Source: Cystobasidiomycetes sp. EMM_F5
Taxonomy: Eukaryota
Assembly: GCA_051047955.1 (NCBI GenBank)
Contig: JBPGPT010000004.1
Location: forward strand, 558,001-622,000
Direction: 5' to 3'
Length of the DNA: 64,000 nt
Positions 50,405-63,516 of the stretch are shown here, one piece after another. A model generated the notes under the pieces. It made no database searches and had not been told where the DNA came from. It saw only the letters and a program-made list of their open reading frames with translations. Position numbers and translations under genes: made by a program. Positions within the stretch are counted from its first letter, which is position 1. Each line of letters opens with the position of its first letter.

Positions 50405-52219
50405 TCAGATCATCTTCTTACCTCTGAATCCACTGCCATCTCTATTTCTCCACCATTTCCTGCCGGCCAGCCCAGCAATGCCAGTCAGGCCGATGCCGCC
50501 TACCAGGAGCACTATTTTGCCGGCACTGCTCGCAAACCCGCTAAATACAGACGTCGTGCTTGCAATCTTTCGTCTTTCGTCTGCTTGCGTGTTAATCAGT
50601 TGCACCAAGTCGGCCAGGCGGGTACTCAGCGAAACGAGGTGTGATGTAAGTCGAGAATTGTGGTTATCCATTCGGATAGCAAGTCCTTTAACGTCTGCAA
50701 GCGTCTGCTGCAGTGTCGTCACGAGATATGATATTGAAGCTTGTTCGAGCTCTTCGGCACTTCGGTCTGCAGCTCCTCCCGCTAGCGAACTGAGCTGTCG
50801 TTGTATGTTTTCCAGCTGAGAGTTGAAGCTAGCATCACGTGCTACATTTGATGCTTCGCTGTTGCCGCCTTGTTGGGATGAAACGTGGCTGGCACTTGAC
50901 ATAGTCTCAACGCGACGCGTCAGAGCATCGATAGCTTCGGTCATCCGATTTTGCGAAATCATCACTTCGGCGAGCATGCTCATGGGGTCGACTGGCGTGA
51001 CGATACTATCTGTACCTGCCAGAGGCTCAGTCTCGCCATGGCTCCGGAAGACGGGAGGGGGAGCTTGATTCGGAGCAGCTTTCTTGTCTGCCCTTCCAGT
51101 CACTTCCCATGCGTCGAATGCATAGACATCAATAGAGTCTGGTTCAGTGTTTCCACCAGCCAATGCTGTCAAGCCAAAGTGGTAGCCGGCCGGTAGCTGG
51201 ATATCCTTGACTGTCAAACAATGATGCGAATAATGCCTCTTTTCCTGCGAAAGTGTCGTATGGGGCTGTAGATCTAGATCTACCCTGATCTCCTTGTTGA
51301 AATTGCTTATTCTTGCCCACACTATACCCGGTGCATTACGAAACGCTGCTTCACACTCTCCAGCTGCTCGCTCGATATATTTGGCCTCTTGCGCGCTATC
51401 GCGCTTTTGACCAGTCTTGAAGTCGTCGAAGAGCGCTGAACCAGCTGATCCATCGTCCATGAGCGCCGATATGACGCCAGATGTGTGCGCTCCGAAGGGC
51501 CAACCGGCTGGCTGTGACCGTGGCAGAACCGGAGCCGTAGGCGAAGCATCGAAAATGATACCCAGTCCATCAAACTTTGTTGATTGGCCAAAGAACGAGA
51601 CTGAAGCGTCAGACACTTCGTTAAAGGCAGTTTCATGGGATCTGCCAAGCATCGGTGAACCGGCCTTGTATCCAACGTAGGTAAACGCGTCAAAATCAGC
51701 TTTTCGGAACTTGCATCACACGCGAATGAACACATACCTTTGTGTACCAGAATGCCAGCCCTCGACCGCCTTGTCCGCTGCCCGCACGACCTGCGCCGTG
51801 CATTCGCAATGCAATCTCGACAATCCATTCGTTGTTTCGGATTCCGCTCGTTGAAAAGATTGACCCGTGTGCTACGGGTTCCGGAGGTGAGAGTCGCAAG
51901 AAGTCGGGGCTTGTTGCTATCCGTGTCCTACCATCGGCCAATCCAAATGCACGTCCATCAGAAATGACGATAAATCCACAAAACTACGCGCTCACGCTTG
52001 ACCCGCGACGTCAAAGCCCGATATATGGAGGTCACTTTCGAAAGGTCCACGGAAGCTCAGTTCTGGCAGAGGTCGCAAAGGCGGGAGGATCATCGGAGGG
52101 ACGTCTTCGAACTGCTTGTCGGAAGACTGGGCGCCGCAGGAAGCTGGCAGCGATAATGCAACTGCGGCAGCCATTGCGACGAGCCTCTGAGGCGACCATG
52201 GTGGGCTACGTCGCCGCAT
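50405..52219 (-). CDS. L-type lectin cargo receptor (Emp47/ERGIC-53/VIP36-like)
   Basis: Signal peptide, GGRGLAFWYTK, FDGLGIIFD, LPAGYHFGLTA, coiled coil, TM segment and KKxx tail (GKKMI). Confidence 0.88.
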
Positions 52220-52310
52220 ATTTAGCAGAAATGTATCGGGCGGTCAGAAGGATTTCAATCAAGTTCGTTGTTGAAGTCGTGGCTTGACTGGACACTATCC
52301 AAAGTATACT

Positions 52311-53634
52311 ATGCCGCTGAATCTGCCTCCGCCCAAGGCAGCGAGCACGAACGGTGCACACAATGTCGGAGATGCCCAGTCTCAATCGCGGCAGTCCCCG
52401 TCAACTGCGTCAGTATCGAATCCAGCTCGAAACACTTCAGAATCAACAAACGAACCAGTGCTTCCAATTCCGAAGAGCAAGAGCAAGCAAGCGTCCACAC
52501 AGCCAAAGAAGTTCTTTCTAGACCTGCCAAAGCCCGCTTCATCGGGGCAAAACAGCGGAAACATTGACCAACAGCCAGAGGGTCAGCCAACGGCCAAGAA
52601 GGCAAGGCTCGGAGGCAGTGGGCTAGGCGCTTTGCTGCCAGAGCCAAAGCGTGCATCTGGACTTGCCCTACCACCGCCGTCGAGTGCGGGCACGGCGAAT
52701 GGGTCGAAAACAGCTTTGAGTGCCGCTTCTCTATCGACTCTGCTTAAGCCTCATGCGGTCAGCAACGCAAAGCAAACACGGAAGGAAGGCATCTCAGCGG
52801 AGAATGTAGAAACAGAAGGGCAGCCGAGTGAGACAGCAGCGTCGACCAATGCCGTACCTCGGGATGAGCCAAGCGAGGAAGTGTTGGACTTCTTTGGCCT
52901 ATGTACGTACTACACGCAAGCTCCAGCATGTCTGTACTGACTGTGCGGATTCAGCTTCCAACAGCGCCTCAGCAACGCCAACGGTAGACTTCTTTGGCAT
53001 TACTTCTGAAGCGACTCCGCAAGCGAGTTCAGTCGTAAAAGTTCAGAACGATCAGCCTCAGAAAACGTTAATTCAATATACTGCATCATCTCTCTCGACC
53101 TCTGCTCCTCGAATCTCGGCCGCCCCGACAACCGCAGCTCCCTCTCTAGAATCAAACTACTATGCCACGTTACCCGTTCCTACAAAGAACGATCCATATC
53201 CTGGATTTTACCAGAAACCAGACGGCTCGTGGGCAGCAAAGCGACCGGACGAGTGGGAGATCTGGTCACAAGCGCAGATGGCGGCACAGCTTCAACAACA
53301 GGCTGATGCCGAGCCAGCTCAACCCGAATTACCATCAGATTTTGAGCAAGCTGGAATGGCAAACAGTGTCGATGTACGAGCCGAACTGCTCAGAGGTAAA
53401 GGACAAGCGGGTCTCACTCGGCCTGGCAAGGTTCCTCAGGATGCAAACAAGGCCGTTGACGAGGATGATCCGGCAAAGCAGAAAGCGCAAAAGAAATTCT
53501 CGCACGTCGCAAAATCTCGCCATCAACTCAGTACACTTATTGCAGACGCTACCAACAACCGTGCAGAACTCGAGGATCGTATAGCCCAGATGAAGACTAA
53601 CAAGCGCTCCGGAGGGGCAAAGTATGGATTCTGA
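52311..53634 (+). CDS. PRCC-like (MAD2B-interacting) protein
   Basis: C-terminal KSRHQLSTLI...RAELEDRIAQMKTNKRSGGAKYGF; N-terminal LGALLPEPK. Confidence 0.85.
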
Positions 53635-54625
53635 TGGCGTGCCCAACTAGAGTTGTATACTTCAAGCGGACACAATCCCATTCTACGTTCGGCTTCGTGG
53701 CCCAGACTAAACGACTGCGACTACAGACATTATTCTGAATCCAGGGCTTACGCTCCGCTGCCGTGACTCGTTTATCGATCTCTGCAAAGCGACTTGCTCG
53801 GCTATCTGTTCTAGAAGGTGTCGGAAGTCTTCAACTTGTCGAGAATGAGCTCTGAGCATGGCTGCCGCGAAATAAACGTCAGCAGCTTGTCAAGGCTTAT
53901 TGCCGGAGGACTCATTCACATCTAACCGCCGCCTCTCGCCAACGACACCAATTGTCAGCGCCGACGTTCAGCACCTGCGCAGTAGTGCTCCAAAGTCAGC
54001 CGAATGCGCAGTAACAAGATGGGAGTCGTGCCTTACGGCCAGCGTTATACAAGTGCTTCGGCGAAGACTTCGAAAGGGGAGAGATTGCGACAAATTGGGC
54101 ATTCTTGCGAGATGAGTACAACAGTCTATTAACGGGCTCTTTGCTAGATCCCGTGGCATATCTATTCAGAGATGATGATGGGAAGAAAGGCTTCTCGGCG
54201 ACCTTCCGGACTGTAACTTCAAACGCCGTCAGCACGGCCCGTGCATGCCAGACAGCGGTCGCCCTGAAGATGCATGTGTGTAGACGCGCAATGACAAGGT
54301 GGGCGGCATTGTGTCGACTACGTGCCGTTCGGCTGGCCCTCCGGTCGCTGTTTGTTCGACGGATATCGTAAGCCTCACACTGCACGATCACTAATATTCT
54401 CGAGAAATCCGATGTAGACGACTTCGTCTTTCGACACAGATGCATATGAACCCAGATGGCTTCCTGAGCCAATTTGTACGGAAAGGCGCGACCAGAGGAA
54501 TCGAAATGAAATTCTGGAGTATACCTCATATCGACATACGACGCTCGATAGAGGACGTGCTCGCCTGCATGCGATTTGGAAAGCCGAGCGCTCGCCGGAC
54601 ACAGGGATACACTCCGACAGCGGGG

Positions 54626-55636
54626 CTAGCGCCACACAGCGACGAAGCGAAATTCGACGCTTTTCCTGGGCTTTGCGCCGGAGGGGGGCGTCGGTGTACC
54701 CATCAGTTGCGCCACTGCACAATGTGCGCCGTACAAGGCTTCTCTCTCCCCCTGCTCCTCCTGCTGTTGTAAGGAAAGAGAATCAAAGCATTTGAAGACC
54801 AAGACTTCGTCATTTGTCTGTTCGGGCACAAAGTACCACTTTTGCCCTTCATTCTCATGCACGTCATACCCGCATCCGTATGGACTAGCCCATCTCGAAA
54901 TTGATTCCTCCTTGAGAGAGGTATAATCTGCGATGGCGAGCGGCTTGTCGTATACAGTGCCGCCGACTGGGCGCCAGAGGTTAATGATCATTGTTCGGGA
55001 GTACCGTTGCGACAGGCCAGACTTTGTCGCCTCGACCGGATCCATGAGAGCATTGTCGGGAAGCAGGGAGGGAGTGCCGGCAATGGCCATGGAGCAGACT
55101 CGTCGACCTTGATACGGATCCTGGTCGATATGCGCGAAAAGCGCGGGCGGCTCTAGGGATTTATCGAACCGCGAGGAGACGCCTTGAGGGCGCGACTGGA
55201 GCTCGTACCCGTCCTGAGTAGTTTCGGATGTCGTTGCTGTCGCTTCGCGTTTTGTCGAGTTCCACAGAATGACCTCGTCGGCTCCGGTGATAATCTTGAG
55301 CAACTCGAGATTCTCCTTCACGAATGCGGTGAAGTCTGACTGCGTCTCGATTCCTCGTTCTTCCAGGACCTGGCTGTGATGCGGGACAGTCGCAAAACCT
55401 CGTCGTGCTAGATTGGTTCGGATGGCAGATAGCCGGTCAGAAGAGGAGCGGGTGCAGAGATCGTCCAGCTCGGGACGCAAAGAGTGCAACTCTTTCCAGA
55501 CGCTCTTTCGCGGTCGCTCTGCCCCGCCCTGGGTGTAGATTGCTGGATCATGGTCTAGCTCGCTGTCTTCGAGGGTAAAGTTGAGCTGCCCCAAGACACG
55601 GCCTGGCTGCTCTTCTGCGCAGAGTGAGATGGTCAT
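54626..55636 (-). CDS. AsaB/CmcJ/GA4-desaturase-like hydroxylase-desaturase (intronless)
   Basis: AHIDQ, IINLWRP, PLAIADY, KWYFVPEQTNDEVLVFKCFDS, AH.A and RKSVEFRFVAVW. Confidence 0.82.
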   Translation of the reverse strand: MTISLCAEEQPGRVLGQLNFTLEDSELDHDPAIYTQGGAERPRKSVWKELHSLRPELDDLCTRSSSDRLSAIRTNLARRGFATVPHHSQVLEERGIETQSDFTAFVKENLELLKIITGADEVILWNSTKREATATTSETTQDGYELQSRPQGVSSRFDKSLEPPALFAHIDQDPYQGRRVCSMAIAGTPSLLPDNALMDPVEATKSGLSQRYSRTMIINLWRPVGGTVYDKPLAIADYTSLKEESISRWASPYGCGYDVHENEGQKWYFVPEQTNDEVLVFKCFDSLSLQQQEEQGEREALYGAHCAVAQLMGTPTPPSGAKPRKSVEFRFVAVWR

Positions 55637-56226
55637 GTCTGCAGCAGCTTTGTATTGGAAAAGACGAAAAGGCGGCTGCCCGGCTTATCGGACCTGTCAA
55701 GGCGTGAACCGATAATCGAATCTAGGCACGATAAGCACGGGTCAACTTTTGCCGAAATACAAACGGTACAACGCATTCCTGACAGCTGTCACATTACAGC
55801 AAATCACCTTGACAGGAGAGCTCCTTTCTTCTGCTTCGAAAAAAGAGAGCAGCGAAAGCACGACAATCGAAGCGTCGTACCCGGACAATGCGAAGCTGAA
55901 GACCAAGCTACCCATGGACTCGGTGGATGTACGATAGGCCACGTTGGCTGTTACAGGTTGACTCTTAAGGCGTCTCGTGCAGGGACCTCCTCTCGCTGTC
56001 GATGGGAGCGGTGAGCTACCGAACAAGGTCGATGTGGTAGTTTCAAGCAGAGATTGGACCGGACGAAGACAGACAGCTTTCACGGCGCGTCCTCAGGATG
56101 TGCGTGATCGACTTGTGTCAGTCATCGCACAGATCACATCTTGCTAGAAGCCGTGCTAGATGCCAATCTTGTTTGTCGAGGAAGTCCGTCTTGGCAGAAG
56201 CCGGCGAATGTCGCTTGCGGAACCCG

Positions 56227-56875
56227 TCACGCCAAAGCTCTCTTTATGGTGTCTGCTAGGTCCTTGCCTAGGTTCTGTGCGCGAATACCAGCTCTAGCTT
56301 TGACTTCCTTCAGGACTTTGCCGAGGGATTGCTTGACATCGCCCGAGCCTTTTGCGACCGATAGATCTTGCATGACGGTGCTGATGAGGGTCGTCAACTC
56401 TTCCATGGTGAGCTCCTTTGCATCTTCTGGTACGTAATTCTCCAAAATTGCTATTTCGCGCTCATACTCTTCGACGATGTCGCTACGATCTTGCGTTGCA
56501 TATACTTTCAGGGCTTCCCTGCGCTTGCTGAGGGACGATAGGAGGGTTGAGATGGTCGATGGGGGCTTTTCGTGATGTTGCAGTGTTTGAATGTCGGCCA
56601 GTGCGCTCTGTCCCACACTATCAGGACCGTTGAAATCGCAGTATAACGAGCTGGCTACGCACCTTGAGCACCTTTGCTGTGAATGAATCCTTTGCGCGCA
56701 TCGCGTCTTTCAGCCCGCTTTGCAGTTTTGAAGTCAGTTCGTCCTTTCCGGCGGCCACGGCGTAGGTTCTTTTCGACAAAGCCAACACTGCGCTGCTTTG
56801 ATTCCAAGACGCCAGTCTCAGCAGAGGCGCCCTCATTACTGACGCTGAAGATGAAGCTGCCACAACTCGCTGCAT
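56227..56875 (-). CDS. AIM41: Mitochondrial GatB/YqeY-domain protein (Aim41-like)
   Basis: Basic amphipathic presequence; LQSGLKDAMRAKD...SALADI...KRREALKVY...REIAILENYVP. Confidence 0.82.
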
Positions 56876-57072
56876 TGCTGAAAGAGTTGGAGATTGTCAA
56901 AGATCTTTGCAGGTTGTTTACGCGTGGCCGGTATCCGAAAACGACCCGCCGTTGACCGTTGGCAGCCTATTGCCAGCACAGCTCCAAGTGACGCCGACTG
57001 ACACCTGCTGATGATAAAGTCTGACTCTTGTCTGGCTGATATCTGACTGAGGGCGTGCTCATCGCTGCAACC

Positions 57073-59484
57073 ATGGGCAACTCGACATGTCCGGCAATGC
57101 ATATGCCAGAAGACCCGTACGGACTCCAAAAAACGCTGATACTACCGGACTGAAGCGAGTATTATCCCAGGACACCCTTCTTCGCTGGCGGAATGGACGT
57201 CCACTTCAGTGCGCATTCGGTCGGCTGGCTCATCGCTGGCTGCTTCACACGTACGCATCACCCTTTCGCACGACGGAAAATGTTGGGAGTACTCACTACC
57301 TGCAATTCGCACCCAGTCCTGGCATCTGCAGTCAGTTTCTGGCTCATATTGAAGCACCTCGCAACGTATACAAAGCCAGCGGAGCAACGATACATAGTGC
57401 GCATCCTCTTTATGGTACCTATCTACTCTATCATATCCTGGTGCAGCTACTTCTGGTGCGTAGCTTCCTATCATACCGCTTCTTACTGATACGGTCGGTC
57501 TTCACAGGTGGCGACAAGCCCTGTACTATCAGCTGATTCGTGATTGTTACGAAGCGGTAGTCATTGCGTCCTTCTTCTACCTCCTCCTCAACTACCTCGG
57601 TGACACCGAAGAAGAACAGGCAGCCGTATTCCGAAAAGTTGAATTTCAGCACTGGATATGGCCACTGGGGCGGGTGCGATACAGGCCAACCGGCAGCTAC
57701 TTTCTCATCATTATGAAATGGTCGATAGGACAGTACTGGGTATTCCGACCCGGATGCACTTTGGCTGCCGTCATTACCGAAGCGATCGACCGATACTGCA
57801 TCCTCTCCTGGTCGCCGAGATACGCCCATGTCTACTTGACCACAATCGTCTCCATCTCCGTCACCATCGCAATGTATGCGGTTCTTCAATTCTATGTCAC
57901 TATGAAGAATCAACTCGCACACTGCCATCCGCTCCTGAAATTCTTTTGCGTCAAGGCTGTCGTATTCCTGACTTTCTGGCAGTCATCGCTTCTGGGCGTC
58001 TTGGGAGCAGTTGGCGTCATCAAGGACAGTCAATATTGGTCATCTTTGGAAATACAGGATGGTGATTGAAGGCTTTTTGAGCACCAGCGGGAGGACACAC
58101 TCACACATTCCCGTCACGCAGGCATCAGCAGCATATTGAGCTGCTTTGAAATGTCAATCTTCGCCTTCTTGTTGGTCGCAAATAGCAACCGAGTCTTGTT
58201 GAGCCTGGCTGACTTTGCGGCGCATTAATTTACTGCAGACACTGCAGGAGCTTTACATACAAGGCATACGTACAATTCGATGCGGATACAGGCAAACAAA
58301 TCAGATCATTGAGACTGTCAGCATTGAAGGATGTTCTAGATCTACGGGACGTTGGGAGGGAGCTTAAAGTTGGCTCCAAGCAGGTAGCCAAAAAGATGAT
58401 TGGACGCGATATAGAAAAGCTTCCGGAACCAGACCATCTGTCCCACATCTTTGGCAGAAGCCGCTTGGAGACCCCTGGCGAGAAGACGCGGACTAAAGAG
58501 GCAATAGCAAGTGACATGCAGGAAATAGACAGAGAGCTGGAGCGCATCAAGAAGCTGAATGGACCTGGCGATCCGACAGCAGATTTCGATGCACTCAGTT
58601 GGGCACGACCTCAGGATATCTCGTGGATGTTAAACAATACCAGCTCACAATGGCAATCTAGGTATGAGGACGTGCGTAACGAGGCATACGACCCGCCGCT
58701 TTTACCGCCATGGGCTCTTATCGGAGATGCGCGACGTCCCCCTCAAGCTTCAACGGGTGTCATAATGCCAATCGTCTCTCCATATTCTGCTGCTGGCGCA
58801 TCGGAACTGTACGAAAACACGTATCCTTTAGCAAGAGGCGACGAAGTGGGCAGATCGCACAGCTGGCTCAACAGAGTATTCGGACAACATCGAGCAAGAC
58901 ACTCGGCCCTGCCACAAGCTGAAGAAGTCTCTGAAGCTAGTGTTCAGAGAGGATGCAGAGAACATCATGATTCGGATGGCTACTCTGCGGATATTACGAC
59001 ACAGTATTTGTCTCGGCAGAGCCCTCGGCGTGGACCCCCGCTGCCGCTAGGAGGCGTAAAAACGCCACAAGCCCTTTCTCCGTCGCGGTATCCAGGCGTT
59101 GATGAACAACGTTTCGTCGACAATGCGTATGCGTTGCATGAAATAGCTCAAAGCGTCAGTAACACGCCGACGAGCATAGAGAGCGGTGTTCTGCAGAGGG
59201 ATCGGGTAAACATATCCTCGACCGCTTCTCCTATGGCTAGCAATCCGGGATCACTGCATCGGCCTATACATGCACATTTTGTGCAGCCAACAGGCGCTGT
59301 AAGCTCACAGTCGTCCGCAGGAATACCGACTTCTGGCCTACATCTATTTCGGCATGACTTACCGGCAGTGACAAACCACGGCCAATCACAACCTCAGCAC
59401 AATATTGCGTCTGGAGCTTCGCGCCCTGCATCACGAATGCACGGGTTAGGACTGCGACTAAGCCCTCAAGGCTCAGAATCATGA
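57073..59484 (+). CDS. OST-alpha/TMEM184 (DUF300) membrane protein
   Basis: HLATYTKPAEQRYIVRILFMVPIY, IRDCYEAVVIASFF and LKFFCVKAVVFLTFWQ. Confidence 0.92.
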
Positions 59485-59579
59485 TTATGTCGCACTCCAT
59501 ATCCGTGGCATACACGGTTGCATTGTAAAGTACACTTCACTTTCGGCATTGTACTGTCATAGTGCATAGATGATGACGT

Positions 59580-62197
59580 TCATATTGTTGTCGCATCGTC
59601 AACAGCTTGCTCGCGTTGCTTGCCTTTACCCTTATCTTGCATGTCCTCTGCTGTATGCCCGATTTCGTCCCCATTTGGCTGTTTATTATGCTTCAAGCCT
59701 AATTCTGCTGCGACTTCAGCTGCCGCTTGAATCTGATCCGGATCAAGCAGTGACATCGCTGTCTGTAGCTGCCTGATGGAGGTTGACAGGGTGTCCCGCG
59801 TTGACTGCAACAATTTCAAGCGAGCGCGAATGCCATCGGTGGTTGCCTGACCGATAATGGATAGCTGTTCCTCAGTGAGACTCTCTGGAAAAGACTGCTC
59901 CGCGCCATTAGCAAAGGGTACCGGCGATTCTTGCTGACTTAGCGCCGACAATGTTTCCTTGTAATCGCTTGATTGCAATAGCGTCGGAAACAAGCGGGCC
60001 ATCGAAGAAGGCTGGGTTGGGTTGACCGGGTCGAATAACGGTATAAGGCGAGGCATAGCACTTGATTGCGGACGCAACATAGGGGGCACGAAGCGTGATT
60101 GTGGATACGTGGATCCCATCACGCCTGGGCTTGTCGCCGGCTGCCACTGTAGAGTTGGAAGGGGTGTAGGCGAAGAGACGGCGATCTGTGGCACCGGTAT
60201 CGCTGTAGAGGTTGGCGGGACATGAGCTGACCTATTTGAGGACGGAGATGATGGCGCATCTATACGTATTGAGGGAGTTTGAGGTGGCGTATCAGGTTTT
60301 TGCGCCGAGACCGTCGTACTCGACGAATCTGTCGTAGTGTTCACTTTCGCTTGCGGCGATGCGGTTGCTTGCCTAGCTCGAGCTGCTGCTTCCAGAAAGG
60401 CTCTCCGTTTCGCTCTCTCGTCCGAAGGTGTGGATTCTGTCGTGCTGTTGTGCTGCGCCGACGTAGTTGTGGCTACTATTGCACTCGATGCCGCAGTCTC
60501 AGCTTTCTTGCTCGAGTCAGGCGACGATTGAAGGACGCTGCTGGTTGTTGGTGTCAATATCGGCTGTACCGTCGTGCTTGGCTTAGCAGGACTCGCGAAG
60601 GCGACCAAGGGATTCTCTGCTCCTGCTCGCCTTCGTGAAGGCGTATCGTTCGGGCGAGCTGTGGCGGTCGCAGGTGCCGCTTGTCCAGGCACGGCAAGAT
60701 GGGTCGGGCGCGGGACAGCTCCCGGTTGTGGCGGTGCAGCGGCTCCCGGTTGAGCTTGGGCGGGCGGTTGCGGTATTGGTGGTCGTCCTCTGTTGGCCGT
60801 GCTTGACGTTGAGGGCGTGAGGACAGGTCTCCGGCTGCATTGAATGCATACGTCAGGGAATAAGAAAGAGCGTAGCGAAGTACTACGTACCACGTCGGAC
60901 AGCTTTGCTGTCGTTCGAGCCAGCTCCGTAAACAGTGGAAATGGAAGATATGCCCGCATGGTAACTTCTTTGGCGTATCATTCGGACCCTGTCGTCCAGG
61001 TGCTGCCGCTACAGCTGCAGGAGCTGGTTGAGGATTTTCTGGAGCTTGTGCAGGCTGAGCCGGAGCTACTGCGGGAGTCGCCTGCCTTGCCTCCATATCC
61101 TCTCTGCAGATTATGCACGTCTTGTCGGACATGCGCTCCATCTCCTCTGCTGTAGCGTTTGGATATCTCTGATCCATATTTCTCGTAGCCTGCCTGTACC
61201 TCGCGAGGTCTCTTACTTTGATGACAAAGCTCCTGGCAGTAATGTAGACATCCCGGAGGATATTGAGTGGAAGGCCGTAAAAAGTGAGAATCAGACTAAA
61301 GAAGCCAAGGTACGTTGCGAGTTTCACAAAGTCGCAAGCCAAGTCGATGTAGAATATCCACACCGACTTGTTATCCCACGGTACCTCGCTTCGCAAGTCG
61401 TAGCAGTTTACGCCAAACTTTGCGTACGTTGCGACCAGAGTAGCGAGGAGAATCATGTACTCGCTCGCAAACATGATCATGACGCTCGGACCGTCGACGA
61501 GAATTGTCTGTGCAGCGTAGGCTACGAGGAGAAAGTCGATAGTCTGCAAGAGGCTGAGTAGGCTAAACATGCGTATGTAAAAGGAGCGGGGTATGCTGGG
61601 TGCTTGCTCCATCTAAATGGAAGGATCAGTGAGTAAACAACGTTATTGTGAAGAGGCGCAGTGTGCACACCATTTCTACCCTGTCTGCGGCCAGCCAGTG
61701 GAACACTTTGAGAAACAGCAGACTGACAAAGAGTACGACGAAAGAAGTATCGAACTCTTCGCGGAATATAGTGAGGGCCAGGAGACTCTCCGTGACTGCG
61801 TACCATGCTCGTTCATGGAGTCTCTGCGGGATCAGACCGTCAGCGCCAGGAGTGAACTTGTTCAATGAAGCCCGTGCGTACCTCGACTTCGAGCAGCCGA
61901 AGCGGCCCAAAGAAGATACTTTGCAGAGCTCTTCCGAATAGGACGGTGAGGAATACGCCCATGTTCCAGAGGATCTGCATAAGCCCGGAATGATAAAGAG
62001 ACTACGTGGTCAGCGTTCACAACAACTAACCAAACCAATAAAGCCGCCCCGTCTTCTGGACTGACCATCATGCAGGCATTGCTCTTGGAGAGGTATACCG
62101 CTGCCGCAAAGAAGTTTGAGCGCTGCCGGAAAGCGCTGAATACGACGTAGCCTGCCAGGACGCACGACACACCGCCGTAGGCAGCGAGGCGGACCAT
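59580..62197 (-). CDS. HRD1: ERAD E3 ubiquitin ligase Hrd1/synoviolin
   Basis: NFFAAAVYLSKSN, ERAWYAVTESLLALTIFR, LKVFHWLAADRVE and RING-H2 CIICRE...KKLPCGHIFHFHCLRSWLERQQSCPT. Confidence 0.95.
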
Positions 62198-63516
62198 TAT
62201 GGGCAAGTACGACTGCGACTGGCTAGATGAGTCTGTAGTGATGCGCCGTGAGGCTAGGGTGCGTGTACCATGGCTCTGGTGTCGGACAGCAAGTTGATAC
62301 ATCGTCAAGAGCGATACATGTTGGGTCATTGAAACAACGCTGGATAATTATTATGGACAACTACGCCGTACAAGTAATGCCATTGCTACCATGTATGGGC
62401 TATCTTGCAACTTGTGCGAGTTCTCTGGGCTTGCGACATTCAAATGGTCCATCGATGTTGGTGGAAGCGACCGCGCATGTTGCCCAAGGTGCCGGCCTGC
62501 GCTCTCATTGTGAGCCTCCTAGTCACCCACTTCTGCTGCATGTCCTGGAAGCGCTTTGCCTTTGTTAGGGTTTGTCTATCCTTCTTTTTAAAGCTAAGCG
62601 CTGAATTGATTGCGAAGCAGCAAAGTCGGGATGCTCATGGATCTAACGCGCATAATTACAGGCATGGCTGCATGTTGTCGGAAGGCAAAGAGTCGTGCTG
62701 CCAGGTTGTGGGCGGTCGAATTAGAGGAAAGAAGAGATGACGTCGGGTTGCTCGATCTGGTCACGAATGAATGGCCTGAAGCTTGGCGAAGTGTAACAGT
62801 GAGAACGGCGTCTGGCTTCTTCTTCTTTTCTCGCCGCTACTACCTCACGCAACTTCTGCCGCAAGCTTATCGGGACGTGTCCGGCCTTTCCGTGAACAAC
62901 AATCTTCTTGCGGCGACCTACCCGCAATAACGAACTCACATCATGCCGTTCCATATGCGACACACTAGGCGAAAGGTCAGTCGGGGATTATTACCAAAGC
63001 TCGCACTTTGCTGATGGTTTGCACATTCACCCAGATCCCCATCATCCCAAAGGTATGGGGGAGCAAGAAGGAATGGCTCAATATTTGACTTTGCGGCTGA
63101 ATATCATCCATTCACTAACGCCTGCAGGTCGTCTACCTGGTCGTGTGGGGCTTCAACCCAAAGACTTGGAGTCTCAGCTTCGGATCCCACGACAAGGTCA
63201 CATACACGCGCTGAATTCAGAAGCCTCAAAACACGCTTACTCGTCCGCATCAACTGGTCTTACCCCTCGCGACCATGACACTCTATTTCAGCCAATGTTG
63301 TCGTACTTTAACACAGCAGAGATAACACACGCTTCATTCTGAATCATACAGCCGTTCTTTTTCCCATAGACAGCTACGTTTCCAATACATTAATGGCTAC
63401 ATTCCTTGTCGTGACCCCACATTAACCTGGCCTTCGTTTTGAATTTGCTCCCTACTGCCAGCTGCGGCAAAGGCTTTTGCGGACGATTTCCCTACTACTC
63501 CAATGCACTAAATGCT

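Noticed and set aside
53900..54620. Fragmentary plus-strand ORFs
   Set aside because: Could not be spliced into a coherent gene or assigned to a family.
62248..63342. Several short ORFs upstream of HRD1
   Set aside because: No domain, signal peptide or consistent splice pattern; cannot be supported without RNA data.
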